Source: Pholidichthys leucotaenia (taxonomy: Eukaryota). Taken from it: a stretch of 64,000 nt of DNA. Positions 1 through 12,661 of the stretch are shown here, piece by piece. A program made the translations under genes and the position numbers. The stretch covers positions 202,715,081 to 202,779,080 of the forward strand of contig CM035846.1 of assembly GCA_020510985.1 (NCBI GenBank), given 5' to 3'. How positions within the stretch are numbered: position 1 is the stretch's first letter; each line of letters starts with the position of its first letter. The notes below the pieces were generated by a model. That model saw only the letters and a list, made by a program, of their open reading frames with translations, searched no databases and was not told the DNA's origin.

Positions 1-299
1 GATGGCTTTTGTATGCAGCAAAACATTAAAATCACACAAAATATGCCCTGCCATCATCTGGGGCTGTTTGCCCCTGCTTGTTACTTCTTCTCCTGTCTGT
101 CACTGTTCTGTGTTATGTTGCTTACCTGTGTCTATATACTGTACAGTACAGTATACGTATGTCTTGTAGGGAGTCATGTGCTCTGTGTGCCGTCATATAG
201 ACATCATCTGGTGGGTCTTCTTCTTCTTTGTTCAGACCACTTAACCCCAGAACACTTTTGCTTTAAAAAGTAACACCATCACCATCACCATCACCAACA

Positions 300-390
300 C
301 CATATATCAAAATATGACAACACGTGATAAATTAGAGTGGTTTTCTAACCACTCTAATTTATCATGTGTTGTCATATTTTGATCTATTTT
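300..390. repeat. Near-perfect hairpin: inverted repeat with ~38-bp arms and a 3-nt loop (atcaaaatatgacaacacgtgataaattagagtggtt / aaccactctaatttatcatgtgttgtcatattttgat)
   Basis: Read directly. The two arms are reverse complements around a central ttc. Confidence 0.8.
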
Positions 391-745
391 TTATGACAAG
401 TACTTTTTGTTGGATATATAATATCGGGTAAAAATTACCCAGCGAAAGTGTTCTGATTTTATACACTAACACTATCACCGGGTGAAATCCACCCAAAACG
501 TACTTTACCCTCTTTCACTATTGCCAGGTGAAAATCACCCAAAAGCATGCCTGTAGGAAAAAGTGGGCTTTGGGGTAGGGAAACACCCACACCTTCAAGA
601 TGTCAGAAACAATGGTGAAGCTACCCAGGGACCCATGACACTCAGAAAAATGCAACATATTGAAAATCATGTAAATACATTTGCTCGGGTGAAAATCACC
701 CGGCAATAGTGCTCTAGGGTTAAGGGTCTCCTGTGTCAGACGGCT

Positions 746-2100
746 GTGTTGTTCGCAGTCATGCCTGTGGCGTACTGGTGGAACTTGAGGTGTTTCATGT
801 TCACGTCATCCTTTCTGACGTGCAGCAGTTCTCCTCATTCTATTGCTCTCCATCTGGTGGGTCTTCTTCGTTCAGACCACTGGTTGAGGGATAGGTTCAG
901 GTACGTTATAATTCCAGTTCATGGGCACGATCCTGAAAAAGTGGCTTTTGACTCTCTACACTGTAGAGGGTCCTGTAGAGTCTACAGGAAGGCCCGTGCA
1001 TGCCCGTAGAAACCAAGAAACCGGAGCACCCAGAGAAAATCAGTGCTTTGCTTGGCATTTTACACATTTGTAGTGTAGACTGGCATTCGTCAAGGTTACA
1101 CATTTGCTGTCATGTAGGCATGGCGAGTCGTCCTATGATGCCTGAGTTCATAGGACGCACTATGATGATGAGGCGGAGATCATAGGCCGTCCTATGATGT
1201 CCTAGAAATGTACTTTAAAGTCTGTCATACCCTATGCTGGTGAAGGGTGTCCTCCTGTCTCAGAATGGTGCGATGTACTGCTGGAACCTCAGGTGTTTCA
1301 TCTTCATGGCATCTTTTCTGACGTGCAGCAGTTGTCGTCATTCTATTGCGCTCCATCTGGTGGGTCTTCTTTGTTGAGACCAGTGGTTGAGGGATAGGTG
1401 CATTGTAATTCCAGTTCATGGACAGGATCATGAAAATAGATCTGAGCCAAAAGAGTTCATAGGCCGTCCTATGAATGTGACAAACACAAACACAGACACA
1501 CACACACAGAGCTTTCTTGCTTTTATAGAGTGTGACATCATAAATATGATACCGGGAGTTCATAGGACATCCTGTGATGTCCTATGAAGCGTGACACACA
1601 GAGATTTCTTGCTTTTATAGAGTTCAGGTGTTTCATCTTCATGGCATCTTTTCTGACGTGCAGCAGTTGTCGTCATTCTGTTATCTGGTGGGTCTTCTTC
1701 TTCTTCTTCATTGAGACCACTGGTTGAGGGATAGGTGTGTCGTAATTCCAGTTCATGGACAGGATCATGAAAATAGATCTGAGCCAAAAGAGTCCATAGG
1801 ACATCCTATGATGTTCAGTTAGAGATCATAGGCCATCCTATGATGTCCTTTGAATGTGACACACACACACACACACAGCTTTTATAGAGTGTGAATCATA
1901 AAGACAGAGTGTGACATCATAAAGACACATTTGTCTGTGTGTCCTTTGATGCCTGAGTTCAAAGACACATGGTCTATATGACGACAGACACATTTGTCTG
2001 TGTCCTATGATGCCTGAGTTCATAGGATGTCCTATGATGTTCAGGCAGAGATCATAGGCCGTCCTATGATGTCCTATATAGCGTGACACAGATTTCTTGC
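746..2100. repeat. Tandem or composite repeat array. Units of ~350-450 bp share the core gacgtgcagcagttNtcNtcattct...ccatctggtgggtcttctt...gagaccactggttgagggataggt and the palindromic cctatgatg / cataggacNtcctatgatgtcc motifs.
   Basis: The same ~170-bp core recurs at ~790-910, ~1300-1440 and ~1650-1790, with a remnant at ~200-260. (CA)n and (GT)n runs lie at 1490-1510 and 1860-1875. Confidence 0.7.
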
Positions 2101-3355
2101 TTTTATAGAGTGATAGTGATGTATGCATCTGCAGAGATGTGGATGTCACGTTTGTATGTAATGGTGAACATGAAGACAAAGCTATTGATTTACTGGTGTA
2201 CATCTCTGGGTAAAAAAAACAAACAGGAGACCACTGCAAATTTTTTCTTAAATTAGTGTCTTTACATACATAGCATCCATTTAGTTTGATTATCTGATGA
2301 ATTCCAACACAAGAACACCTCAGTCTACTTAAGGAGGTACTGATTAGGTGATCATCTAAGCATGGTGAGACACATGAAAACTGTGAATAAAAATCAATTA
2401 TTCCACAAAGCATATTTCTGAGTTCTTCCTAAGTTAAAACTTAACTATTGTAGTATTGTTTTCTGTAAATGCTCTAAATAACAATATTTTGACTTGGAAT
2501 GTAGGTGAGTTGTTTCTAGTAGGTTAGAGAGTAAAACAAAACTGTTCATTTTACTTAAACACACATGTATAAATAGTAAAACCAGATCGTGATAATTTTG
2601 CAGTGGTTTCTTTCTCTTAATTTTTTCTGGAGCTGTATGTTTTTACCCTTGAATATTGTTAGAAACTGCTGGTAGAGACCAAAAGAATGCAGTTAAAGTG
2701 AAGTGAAGTTTTTACACAGTGGCTGGAATTTTCTTTAGAGATGGGCTAAGGAGATCAGGGATCTGGCAAAAGATTAAAGTTGAGTCAGATTAGGAGTTTT
2801 GGGGAATGTCCGACTGGGAGGAGACCCAGGACTCGGTGTGGAGCCTGACTTTGAGCTGGCTTGGGGAGTCCAGACAAACTGAAAATGGGACTTTGGAGGG
2901 AACAATATGAAAATGATCTAAATATCTTTTAGATCTTCTGATTTTACGCAATTTCACACACACTTCCTGTATGAGTACACATCATACAGGAAGTTGTCTT
3001 AAAAAAAGTCCTTTCTTTCAGATTGGGCTTTCCAAGATGCTGACAGAAGCTGCTGTTATGTGATTATTATTAAATAGTTGATTTTGGACACATTTGTCTT
3101 CAATAATACTTTTTTTTTTTTTTTTATTGTGTAATCACAGCAGAGTGGTGGCCTAAAGGTAGAGCATCCACCCCACAACCGGGAGGTCATGGGTTCAAGT
3201 CTCATCATATATGCATATAAAAAACAAACCCCTACTTTTGGAAGTATACATGTCACAGTATTTACTATATAAAGTTATCATATAAAAGTGATTTATCAGG
3301 TTCATTTTTAGCTTATTCTGGCAAAGCTAATGTGATGATGTGGCGTCTGTCCCTT

Positions 3356-3915
3356 CACATTTCACAGAAATTGCTACTCCTCTTAGGCATTTTCCCCGAT
3401 GTTCACCAAGCTCTATCACAAAGATCCTCAGGATGGTCTTCATCCAAGTTGTGTTCAAGGTCAAAGGTCTGGAGATCTGGGCACTTGTGATTTCAGAAAA
3501 ATTGCTGCTCAAGAAATTTCCTCAATATTTGCCAAACTTACTCATAGTGACCTCAGGTGGGCCTGCATCCAAGTTGTGCTCAAGGTCAAAGGTCAGGAAA
3601 TTTGGGCACTTAATGTAATTTCCAAAAAATCACTCCTCCTAGGTAATTACCTCGATTCTCATGAAACTCACTCACAATGACCCTCAGGTGGTTCTGAATC
3701 TAGGTTGAGGTCAAGGTCATTGTCGAAGGTCAGAAGATCTGGACAATCGTGATTTCATGAAAAACGATAATCCTCCTGTGCCACTGACCTTGACTTGAAG
3801 CACATCCTCGATGGCTCTGTATCTAGGCTGTACTTAAGGTCAAGGTCAATGGTCAGGAGAGCTGAGCACTCCCTGGATGATTTCGTCAGGCCAGAATGAG
3901 TTACTCCGTCATTGA
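3356..3915 (+). repeat. About 4.5 tandem copies of a ~125-bp unit (attgctactcctc...caaggtcaaaggtc...), preceded by a conserved head (agctaatgtgatgatgtggc...cacatttcacag). This is an unclassified dispersed repeat family.
   Basis: Unit boundaries lie at ~3356, 3483, 3609, 3736 and 3871. Single units with the same head recur at 27720-27870, 38090-38215, 57800-57975 and 62750-62900. Confidence 0.7.
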
Positions 3916-4179
3916 TGGCTTGGTTATACAAGGGGGGGCTGAAAAATTCATGGTCAGATTTGGCCAAATGTGGTTTATTTTTCAACATAGTTTACCCTTT
4001 GGTCCACCCACTTCTTCCATCGGTGTTGCAGTGCTTGGATCCCTGCATTTGAAAAACTAGTGCATGCCCATGCATGTCCATAGAAAGCAAGTGCAAGCAA
4101 GCATTTCTGCATGCCCGTAGAAAGTTACTGTTACCATGGCAACAGTAATCATGGTGAAACCTGCCTTTGATCTTTGATG

Positions 4180-4505
4180 TCACCACTCCTTTAGTGCTTG
4201 ACTGCCTTTGATCTGTGATGGGTGCCTTCGATCTCTGATGGTGTCATAGCGAGTCCTATGATCATGAGTGACGCCTGCCATTGGTCTTTGAAGATGTCAG
4301 TGAGTCCTGTGATCATGAGTGATGCCTGCCTGCGATCTTTGATGTCATAGCAAGTCCTATGATCTTTTAGCGAGTCCTATGATAGTGAGTGATGCCTGTC
4401 TTTGATCTCATAGCAAGTCTTATGATCTTTTAGCGAGTCCTATAATCTTTTTGACGTCATATAGACGTCATGCAGAGATCATAGGAACATCATAGGCGAT
4501 CCTAT

Positions 4506-4536
<31 letters not shown>

Positions 4537-4900
4537 AGCAAGTCCTATGGTTGTGACGGACACTCAGAAAACCCCAGTGCACTGTAAAGACTGACCCTGT
4601 GACTTATTCACCTTGGCAATTTTGAGCCATATGACAAAGACACATTAGTGTAGGCATCATGAGTGATGGTCTATATGACATCATATAGACATCATGCAGA
4701 CATCATATGGCGTCCTATGAAGTGATATGTGTATGATGTCATATAGACATATCTTTCTGATGGCATCGCGAGTCCTATGATGCCTGAGATCATAGGATCA
4801 TCATAGGACATCAGGCAGACATCCAAGGCCGTCCTGTGATCGTGACACACAGATTTCTTGAATTTATAGAATGAAGAATGATGGTGATAAACCACATTTG
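4180..4900. repeat. Minisatellite-like array of (t)cat(a)gcgagtcctatgatc units with a 35-nt poly-T run, related to the 746-2100 repeat family
   Basis: The agcgagtcctatgat / gcaagtcctatgat motif recurs many times. The tail gtgacacacagatttcttgaatttatagaatg matches the ends of the 1590 and 2080 units. Confidence 0.6.
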
Positions 4901-4959
4901 GTAAAATTTGACCACTAGGAACTTTGCAGCGCCCCCCCCCCCCCGTACTTATCATACAT

Positions 4960-5646
4960 TCTTGTTACCTCCGCCAGGCCAAAAGGCCAGGAGGAGGTAA
5001 TGTTTTTGCCGGGGTTTGTCTGTGTGTTTGTCTGTGTGTTTGTCTGGGGTTTGTCTGTCTGTCTGTTTGTCTGTTGGTTAGCAAGTTAGTTTTTCCACAC
5101 TGACATACGGCCATTTTCAACATGTGCGCAGGCTCAATGGAGGGCGCTGGGCGTCGTGTCTGACCAACACAAACTCCACCTTCTTCAACGTTTTAGCCAC
5201 AAAAGCATGCGGAAAACACTGGTGGCCTGGGCCCGCCAGCGTGCCTGTGCCAGCCATAGGCGCTGCGCACATTGTGCTGGTCGTCGTGTCTGACCAACAC
5301 AAACTCCGCGTTCTTCAACGTTTTAGGCACAAAAGCACGCGGAAAGCACTGCTGGCCTGGGCCCGCCAGCGTGCCTGTTTTTGCGCCACGCTGCAAAACC
5401 TGACACGGCCACCTGTCCGCCGCCCGATTATTTGCCACAAATTCCCCGCCCAGCTATAGGCGCTGCGTAAAAACGACCTCTCTGCCGGGGAAGATTCTAA
5501 ATTCTGTTTTGCCGCGGAGCACAACCCCAATATAATATAAAACCCACGGCAACCTGTCTAACCAATCTGCATCCGTCAGTGGAGGAGATGGACACACCAA
5601 CACTTCAGTTTATTACCTCCACCAAGGAGGCAATGCTTTTACAACC
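4960..5646. repeat. Unclassified element with hairpin-like termini (ttacctccgccaggccaaaaggccaggaggaggtaa at 4967-5002 and ttacctccaccaaggaggcaatg at 5612-5636) and an internal ~130-bp tandem duplication (5148-5277 and 5278-5407)
   Basis: Read directly. Two near-identical units begin gtcgtgtctgaccaacacaaactcc...ggcctgggcccgccagcgtgcctg. A (gtttgtct)n microsatellite lies at 5020-5085. Confidence 0.5.
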
Positions 5647-5987
5647 GTAAAACGGGGCTATAAGGGACGGCGGGGTAATATGGGACACTTTTCTAAATGT
5701 AATTCTGCTTTTTTAATTTTGCTTCCGCCTAGATTTGATGAAGGATTCATGAATATTTTTTTTTCCACAATATCTTTATTGAACCTTTTTTTTTTTTTAA
5801 CAAACATGATACAAACAATCAAACACTAACGCTAAAGTACTACAAAAAAAAAAAAATGCACTAAAAACACCAACAACCACCAACAAAATCAAGTCTTCAA
5901 CAATGCTCCTCTGTTTAGTCTAGACAATCCAATACATAAGTATACATATTATGTTCACCAGTTTGGAATTTACAAGGTCCACACACA

Positions 5988-8900
5988 TCATTCACCTTCT
6001 TCTTCAAGAGTTATGTTTAAATTTTGTACATAATCAATAAAAGGTCTCCATATATTCTCAAACACAATTTCCTTTGATTTCAGTATATATGTTATTCTTT
6101 CTAATGGAAGGTTTGTTAACATCTGTCTTAACCACTGAGTCACATCTGGTCTATGAGTCTTTTTCCATAATAGTGCAATACATTTTTTGGCATTAAGCAA
6201 ACTGAGGTCTATGAATGTTCTTTCACTTTTATTAAAATTATGCTTTTCTGGGTACAGACCCAACAAAAACAGTTTAGGATTCAGTATGATTTGTTTTGAG
6301 ATTATTTTTTCAATTGTTACCCTCACCTCTTCCCAAAACATTCTTATTAATCTACATTCCCATAAACAATGAAATAGGGTTCCTTTACTTTCCATGCATT
6401 TTGTGCATGTATCTGGTATATTTTTGTTATATCTATTTAACTCCTCCGGTGTAACATACATCCGCATTAACCATTTGAAATGTATCAATTTAAGGCGTGC
6501 ATTTATTGATTTGGTTTGAGCTTCTGTACAAGCCAATTCCCATTGTTCCTCAGAAATTTCAATTTGCAGATCTTCTTTCCAGTAGTTTAATCTTTTCAGT
6601 GAATTTTCACTTGAAGATAGTGTCAATGAGTTATAAAACTCTGAAATAATACCCTTTCTTTTACTATCTTTCATCATCATTTTTTCCAAGGATGAATAAA
6701 TAGGTCGAGTGAGAGCTTTATTTTGATTTGATGGAATAAAGTTTCTAAGTTGAAGATATTTAAAAAAATGTGTTCTATTGAGATTAAATTTGATCCTCAG
6801 CTCTTCAAAAGACATTATGTTGTCTGCACATGGCAAATCTAAATCCTGAATCTTTTGTATCCCTTTTAAATTCCATACTTTAAATACAGCGTCCGCTCTC
6901 CCTGGTTTAAAATATTGATTACCCCATATTGGACTAAATTGTGACAATAACTGTGGTTCTTTTAAATAGTTTTTAGCTTCACACCATATTTTGATCATAT
7001 GCTTTACAAATGGATTTTTAACTTGTTTTTGTAATTTTTTTGCCGAATCTGAGTATATGAATATGGGAAGAGGTAAAGGTAAATTGTATGATTCCATTTC
7101 AGTCCAGTGAGGGAGATCATTTGATGAAAAATAATATGTCATAGACCTCAGTTGTGCCGACCAATAATACAACATAAAATTTGGACATTTCAGACCTCCA
7201 CGATCAAATGGTAAATATAATAAAGACAGACGTAATCTAGCCCTCCTGTTGTTCCATATAAATTCCACTAACTTTTTTTTTATTCTTGAGAATAGATCTA
7301 AAGGTGGTGATAAGGGAATGTATTGAAATAAATAAAGTATTTTAGGTAAAATATTACTTTTAAGTATATTGATTCTCCCGATCATCGACATTGGTAGTGA
7401 CATCCATCTCTGAGTTAACTCATTGATATCTGACATTAAGGCTTCATAGTTGACGCTGGCGACTGATTCTAGCTTAGGCATAATTTGGATTCCTAAATAT
7501 TTAAACTGATTTACAACATTGAATTGATTTGCCTCAGGGGCTGGGTAATTTCTCTGGGTCTCATTTAGCATTAATATTGAAGATTTAGTTTTATTTATTT
7601 TATATCCTGATATTTCCCCAAAATTCTTTATTAAATTCAACAAGGTTGGAATTGATTTTTTTAGATTCGACATAAACAAAATTATATCATCGGCGTACAG
7701 GGAGATTTTATGTTCTGTTGGTCCAACTTTAATTCCATATATTTGTGAATGTAAACGTATCGCTATCGCTAAAGGTTCAATTGCCATAGTGAACAGTAAA
7801 GGTGAAAGTGGACAGCCTTGTCGACATCCTCTATTGATTTTTATTGGTTTTGAAATATTGTTATTTGTTAGGATTTCTGCTGTAGCATTATTGTATATTA
7901 TTTGAACCCATTTTATGAAATTATTTCCAAGTCCAAACCTTTGTAGGACTTCAAAAAGAAAGGGCCATTCAACTCTATCAAAGGCCTTTTCGGCGTCCAA
8001 TGATAGGAGAGCTGTATCCGGTGCTTCTTTATTAAAATAAATAATATTAAATAGTCTTCTTACATTATGGAAGCCTTGTCTACCCTTTATAAAGCCATTC
8101 TGATCTCGATTAATAATATTTGGTAAAATTTCTTGTATTCGTCTTGCTAAAATTTTATAGATTATCTTAAGGTCGGCGTTTAATAGGCTTATTGGTCTCA
8201 TATTTTCACATTTATTAGAGGGCTTACCTGGTTTTGGCAGCAGTATAATTAAGGCATTATTTATGTATGATGGTAAATTATTATTTTGAAATGCTTCTAA
8301 AACCATTTCCAAAAAAGGTTTTATTAATTTATTCTTAAATTTTTTATAAAGGTCAACTGGAAGACCATCTGGTCCTGCACTTTTTCCTGATTTCATATTA
8401 TCAATGGCTAGCCCAACTTCTTCTTGACTAATTTTAGACTCCAATATCTCCCTGTTTTCATTTGGTATACACGGTGTAGATAGTTCGTTCAAAAACCCAT
8501 TTAGTTTTGTTAAATCAGGTTCATTTTTGGTATCATATAATTTTTCATAGTAATCTCTAAAGGCTCTATTAATTTCTAAAGGATCTATAACTACCTGTCC
8601 GTTACTTATAATACTGGTAATTGGTGTTTTAATTTCCAATTGTTTAATCTGCCATGCTAATAATTTTCCTGATTTTTCACCTTGTTCATAAAAAGATTGT
8701 TTCAATCTTAGAAGACTCGAGGCAGCTCTATTCGCTGATTTTTTTGTCGTATTCAGCTCTCAAAATCAGTAATTCATTCTCCAACCTTGGGTCACTTCCT
8801 GCATACACTTTTTCCTGAAGACTTTTTATTTTATGTTCCAATTTAGCTCTCTCCTCTCGAGTCTTCTTAGATTTTGATCCTGTATAACTAATATGTCCCC

Positions 8901-9789
8901 TAATAAAAGCTTTGAAAGCCTCCCACTTTACACATGCTGATGTTTGTGTAGTATTGATGTCAAAGAACTCGTCTATCTGTTTTTCTGTATACTTGACAAA
9001 TTCCTCATCCTGAAGCCATTTATGCTGAAATTGCCATCTACCTGATTCCTTTGTCAATTTTTTATCTACATATATTAGACAACAGGGTGCATGATCAGAG
9101 ATCACGATGTTATCATAAAAGCAGTTTTGAATCTTGGACCTTAATTCTGTGGAAATCAAAAAATAATCAATACGTGAGAATGTCTTGTAGGTACTGGAAT
9201 AACAAGAATAGGCTTTAACTTGTGGTTTCATTTCTCTCCATATATCTAACAATCTCAATTCTTTCATAAAATGATTAATAGTCATCCTACATCCAATGTG
9301 CGTACAATCCAGTCCTGTTGATCTATCCACACCTGGATTCAATGTACAATTAAAATCCCCTGCTATTATATGTTGCCCTGTAAGTGATGATAAGATGAGA
9401 AATAAATTAGCAAAGAACTTCTGATCATCTATATTGGGACCATATAAGTTCACAAGATTTATATTTTCTAATAGCAAAGAACCTTGAATGATTACATATC
9501 TTCCAAATTTGTCTCCAATTACATTTTTCACTTGAAAAGGAACTGATTTATGTATGAGAGTCATAACTCCCCTGGCTCGGGATGAAAATGAAGAGGTGAA
9601 TACACTTCCCTGCCATCTACTCCTAATTCTTTTAACATCCTCCTCTATCAGATGAGTTTCTTGTAAAAACACAATTCTTGAACCCATGTCCTTTATTTTA
9701 TTCATAACTTGTTTAAGTTTTTTTAAATTTTGTAGACCTCTGCAATTCCATGAAGTTAAATTAAGATTAACACTTTGGTCCATGATCAA
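5988..9789 (-). pseudogene. L1 ORF2 (APE endonuclease, reverse transcriptase and C-terminal Cys-rich domain) disrupted by a single +1 frameshift in an A7 run (6 A in copy B) near 8705-8740, plus a 3-bp deletion
   Basis: Two ORFs, 8728..9789 (endonuclease, begins [20 protein letters not shown]) and 5988..8705 (RT with FADD motif; C-terminus [18 protein letters not shown]), align collinearly to the intact 1267-aa ORF2 of copy B. Confidence 0.9.
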
Positions 9790-10254
9790 TAGAGAGTTTG
9801 GGATTACCTTGCAGTGTAAACATGCTCATACAGAGAAGCAAAAACATGAGTGGTTGAACATTCATCCTACAAACTACACACAAACAAATTTCCCCTTCCC
9901 ACACTTGTGGCAAACCCCCCAAAATCAAAAGAAAAATTCTGTCTCCCGATATAGCCATCGACCGTTCCACACCCACGGGGAACAGCCTAAGCCACTCCTT
10001 CTTCATCCTCCCAATCACCCTAACTCTACTGCTTTTAATGACGTAACATTAACTCTCCTCTGTAGTTTTCCAACTTAACTCCAAAATTTTTAACAACTTT
10101 GTACATCATAGTTTTTTTTTTTTTGTTTGTTTTGTTTTTGTTTTGTTTTTTTAATATATAATACAATCTATATTTTGTAAACTTACTATTTACTTCAAGT
10201 CAGTCAGATGCCTGTGCAAATGCTTAATTATTCTACCTTATATTTTGTTCATGC

Positions 10255-11184
10255 TTAGCTCCCACCAGTCTCTTCTTCTTCTTTGATCTTCTTGATGAAC
10301 TCCTGCGCCTCCTCTGGGGTCTTGAAGATGTGGGTTCTGCCCTCATACGTGGTCAGCAGTCTCGCAGGATAGATTACACCATGACGAATCCCAAGGTTGC
10401 GCAGCTCCTTATGTACGGGATCAAACTGCTTCCTCAATTGCTGGATTCCTGTGGCCAAATCTGGGTAGAACCGCACCTGCTGGTCCTGGTGTTTAATCTC
10501 TCCTTTTTTAGCTCGTGCAGCGTTGAAGATCTTCATCCTGTCTCTGTTGCTAAGAAACTTCATAATTAAGGTCCTCGGCGGTCCCTTATCTCTCCGTGGG
10601 CCAATACGATGTGCTTTTTCCAGAACCACTGCTGATTGCAACTCCTCGCTGCCCAGCACCTCCGGAATCCACTTTTCCAGAAAGGAACATATGTCCCGAC
10701 CTTCTGATTCCTCTGGAAGACCCACCAGCCTCAAATTATTCTGTCTCGACCGAGATTCCAAATCCAAAATATTATCTTCCAGAGATTTATTTTTTTTTTC
10801 CAAAGTGCGCACCTTTAATTGAAGACGGGTGACGTCATCTTCAGCACTAGCGAGACGGAGCTCCATCTGCGCCGTTCGTTCTACACAGTCACCCAATTCC
10901 TTTCTTATTCCTTCCAACGCTGTCATAATCCCATCAAATCTAGAGGAAAAGTCCGCTCTCATTGAACTCATGGCAGCCATCAGCGCATCTGCGCCATTCC
11001 CCGCAGATATCGCAGCGTTGCCAGCCTCCTCCGCCATATATGGAGTTTTGTTTACTGCGTCACAGACCTGAAAGTCCGTTAATTTGGACTGTTTCGGCGG
11101 CTCGCTTTTTCCTTTTCCTGGTTTTCCAGCCTTAGGCTTCGCTGACATATCTTCGCCCAAATGCTGGGATACGTTCTGTCCCAA
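10255..11184 (-). CDS. L1 ORF1 protein (309 aa): coiled-coil plus Transposase_22/RRM-like domain containing NNLRLVGLPE
   Basis: ORF is 99% identical to copy B ORF1. The conserved L1 ORF1p motif RLVGLPEESEG is present. Confidence 0.85.
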   Translation of the reverse strand: MGQNVSQHLGEDMSAKPKAGKPGKGKSEPPKQSKLTDFQVCDAVNKTPYMAEEAGNAAISAGNGADALMAAMSSMRADFSSRFDGIMTALEGIRKELGDCVERTAQMELRLASAEDDVTRLQLKVRTLEKKNKSLEDNILDLESRSRQNNLRLVGLPEESEGRDICSFLEKWIPEVLGSEELQSAVVLEKAHRIGPRRDKGPPRTLIMKFLSNRDRMKIFNAARAKKGEIKHQDQQVRFYPDLATGIQQLRKQFDPVHKELRNLGIRHGVIYPARLLTTYEGRTHIFKTPEEAQEFIKKIKEEEETGGS

Positions 11185-12383
11185 ATGAGAGAGTTATTTG
11201 CCGAATTTTTTTTTTTCCAGGAGCAGAGCAGAGCGAGACACGTCCGTCCTACGTGGCAGCCATAACCGGAAGTCGGATTCATGGATATTTGACAATAACA
11301 ACACAACTCGGCGTCCTGCTCAAAATAAAAAAAGCAGAATTACATTTAAAACATTTCCCAGAAAAGTGTCCCTTATTAACCCGCCGTCCCTTATAGCCCC
11401 GTTTTACACTACTGAACCACTAATCCTATCACTATCACATTGATTGTCATTCATTAATTGTCTGTTTATTGCACTGTCCATGTCAAATAAACAAATAATC
11501 ATTGTGAATCCAATTGCTAGTCATATCTCTTCATGTTCAGGGAATCTGAAAACGTACACACAAACACTGTATGGGGGGAACTGTGCCGCTTGGCGGAGGT
11601 CTGCGCTCTCCGAGTGCTTTTCTAGTTTATAATAAAATAAGTTGCGTTAGAGTGTGTTCAGTCTAAATGTGAAAACAGATTTTTCAGGTGGCAAAAATGT
11701 CACTGCCTGCTCCAAAACTGGATGACAATTGTTTACACTGCTATCCTGCTAGGCCTCATTGGCACATCTGCAGCAGGAGTATGTGGGTGGTTAAACAAGT
11801 CTGTTTCAGCTCCAGAGCTTCCAGTCCATCTGTCTGCAGATGAGTGTCTCATTTTCAAACTAGTTACTCTCCAGTGTTGATACTTTTACTCTGGGGATGG
11901 TACAATCTCATGGCTGATTGCTACCATGTCCCTCAGATGCAAATGTGCTACATTGAGTTAAAATGTACTCACACTGTGCAAAAAATTAGCTTCGCGTGTG
12001 AATGCATCTTTAGGGTTCTGCTTCCTTGTTTTCTTTTTATTTGGTGTTGCTTTGCATCAATCTACTGTGTGGGATTATCAGCTATTTTTTTCCACATTTC
12101 AATCCTAATGTTGAATATTGTTTATAAATAAAAGTTCATTGCTCTTAGAAAGGATGTACATGGATTATCATTATATCAGTGGCATTAAATGCTCTTCATG
12201 ACATCAGCAATATTGCTTATCATTCCATTTCTGGGAGTATTTATCATCCATCAAAATTTGTTGTTATTACAGGCCTAGCTGGAAGCGATAATTTATTTTG
12301 TGGTCTGTTTCTGAGGCCAGTATTGTTCTTCAAACTACTCTTAAAAAAATAACCTACAGTGTTGTTCATCTTTGTTCCTTCAG

Positions 12384-12576
12384 CCACTGCATCACAGGAG
12401 GCCATCCCTCATCCTAAAGAGATCATGATAAGCGTCCTAAAGAAGATTCCCAAGAGCAGGAAATTCCAACGTTTGGAGTGGGAGAATGCTAGCTACCAAA
12501 GGCTGAAATTGACACGCAGTGTGCCGTTCTTCGATCGACTGTACCATAACAAAAAGGCACAGCTCATAAAGGCCAA
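12384..12576 (+). CDS. Exon of the TEP1/NWD-family NACHT gene (...ATASQEAIPHPKEIMISVLKKIPKSRKFQRLEWENASYQRLKLTRSVPFFDRLYHNKKAQLIKA); first exon recognised in this window
   Basis: Acceptor ttccttcag at 12375-12383 and donor gtaagg at 12577. Phase is consistent with the next exon. Confidence 0.45.
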
Positions 12577-12661
12577 GTAAGGAATTATTGGCTTGATGTG
12601 CAGGTGTTAAATTTGAGAAACGTGTATGGGTTCTGACAATCTTGTCTGTGTGTGCATCCAG

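Larger units (their letters stand above)
5756..11274 (-). mobile_element. L1-superfamily (Tx1-like) LINE, full-length copy A on the minus strand, flanked by a 9-13-bp TSD ggattcatg(aata / gata) at 5743-5755 and 11275-11287
   Basis: Reading rightward on the + strand: poly-T at 5756-5764 (the L1 3' poly-A tail), then the RT/C-terminal ORF, the APE endonuclease ORF, ORF1, and a ~110-bp 5' UTR ending in gacttccggttatgg (reverse complement). It is more than 98% identical to copy B. Confidence 0.9.
5647..11406. mobile_element. Short (~240 bp) TIR-bearing non-autonomous element (MITE-like) split by L1 copy A. TIR is gtaaaacggggctataagggacggcgggg at 5647-5675 and its reverse complement at 11379-11406.
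   Basis: Terminal inverted repeats were read on both sides of the L1. Subterminal gtcccttat(t/a)... repeats are present. The two halves (5647-5755 and 11275-11406) are mutually inverted-repeat-like. Confidence 0.6.

Noticed and set aside
3126-3200. tRNA-like segment (ggtagagcatcc...gggttcaagtct)
   Set aside because: It has no complete cloverleaf, acceptor stem or CCA context. It is more likely a fragment of a tRNA-derived SINE head and is too degenerate to call as a tRNA gene.
3356-3915. Regular ~125-bp direct repeats that could superficially resemble a CRISPR array
   Set aside because: This is a eukaryotic genome. There are no unique spacers or cas genes, and the units are contiguous. It is a tandem repeat of a dispersed TE family.
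5124-5530. ORFs of 61-111 aa on both strands
   Set aside because: They lie within a 130-bp tandem duplication of GC-rich repeat sequence. The duplicated units give near-identical peptides with no domain signatures.
11844-12131. 95-aa ORF upstream of the first recognised exon
   Set aside because: It has no splice-site-consistent structure or recognisable motifs and is Cys/Leu-rich with low complexity. It is possibly 5' UTR or promoter sequence of the gene, but coding is unsupported.
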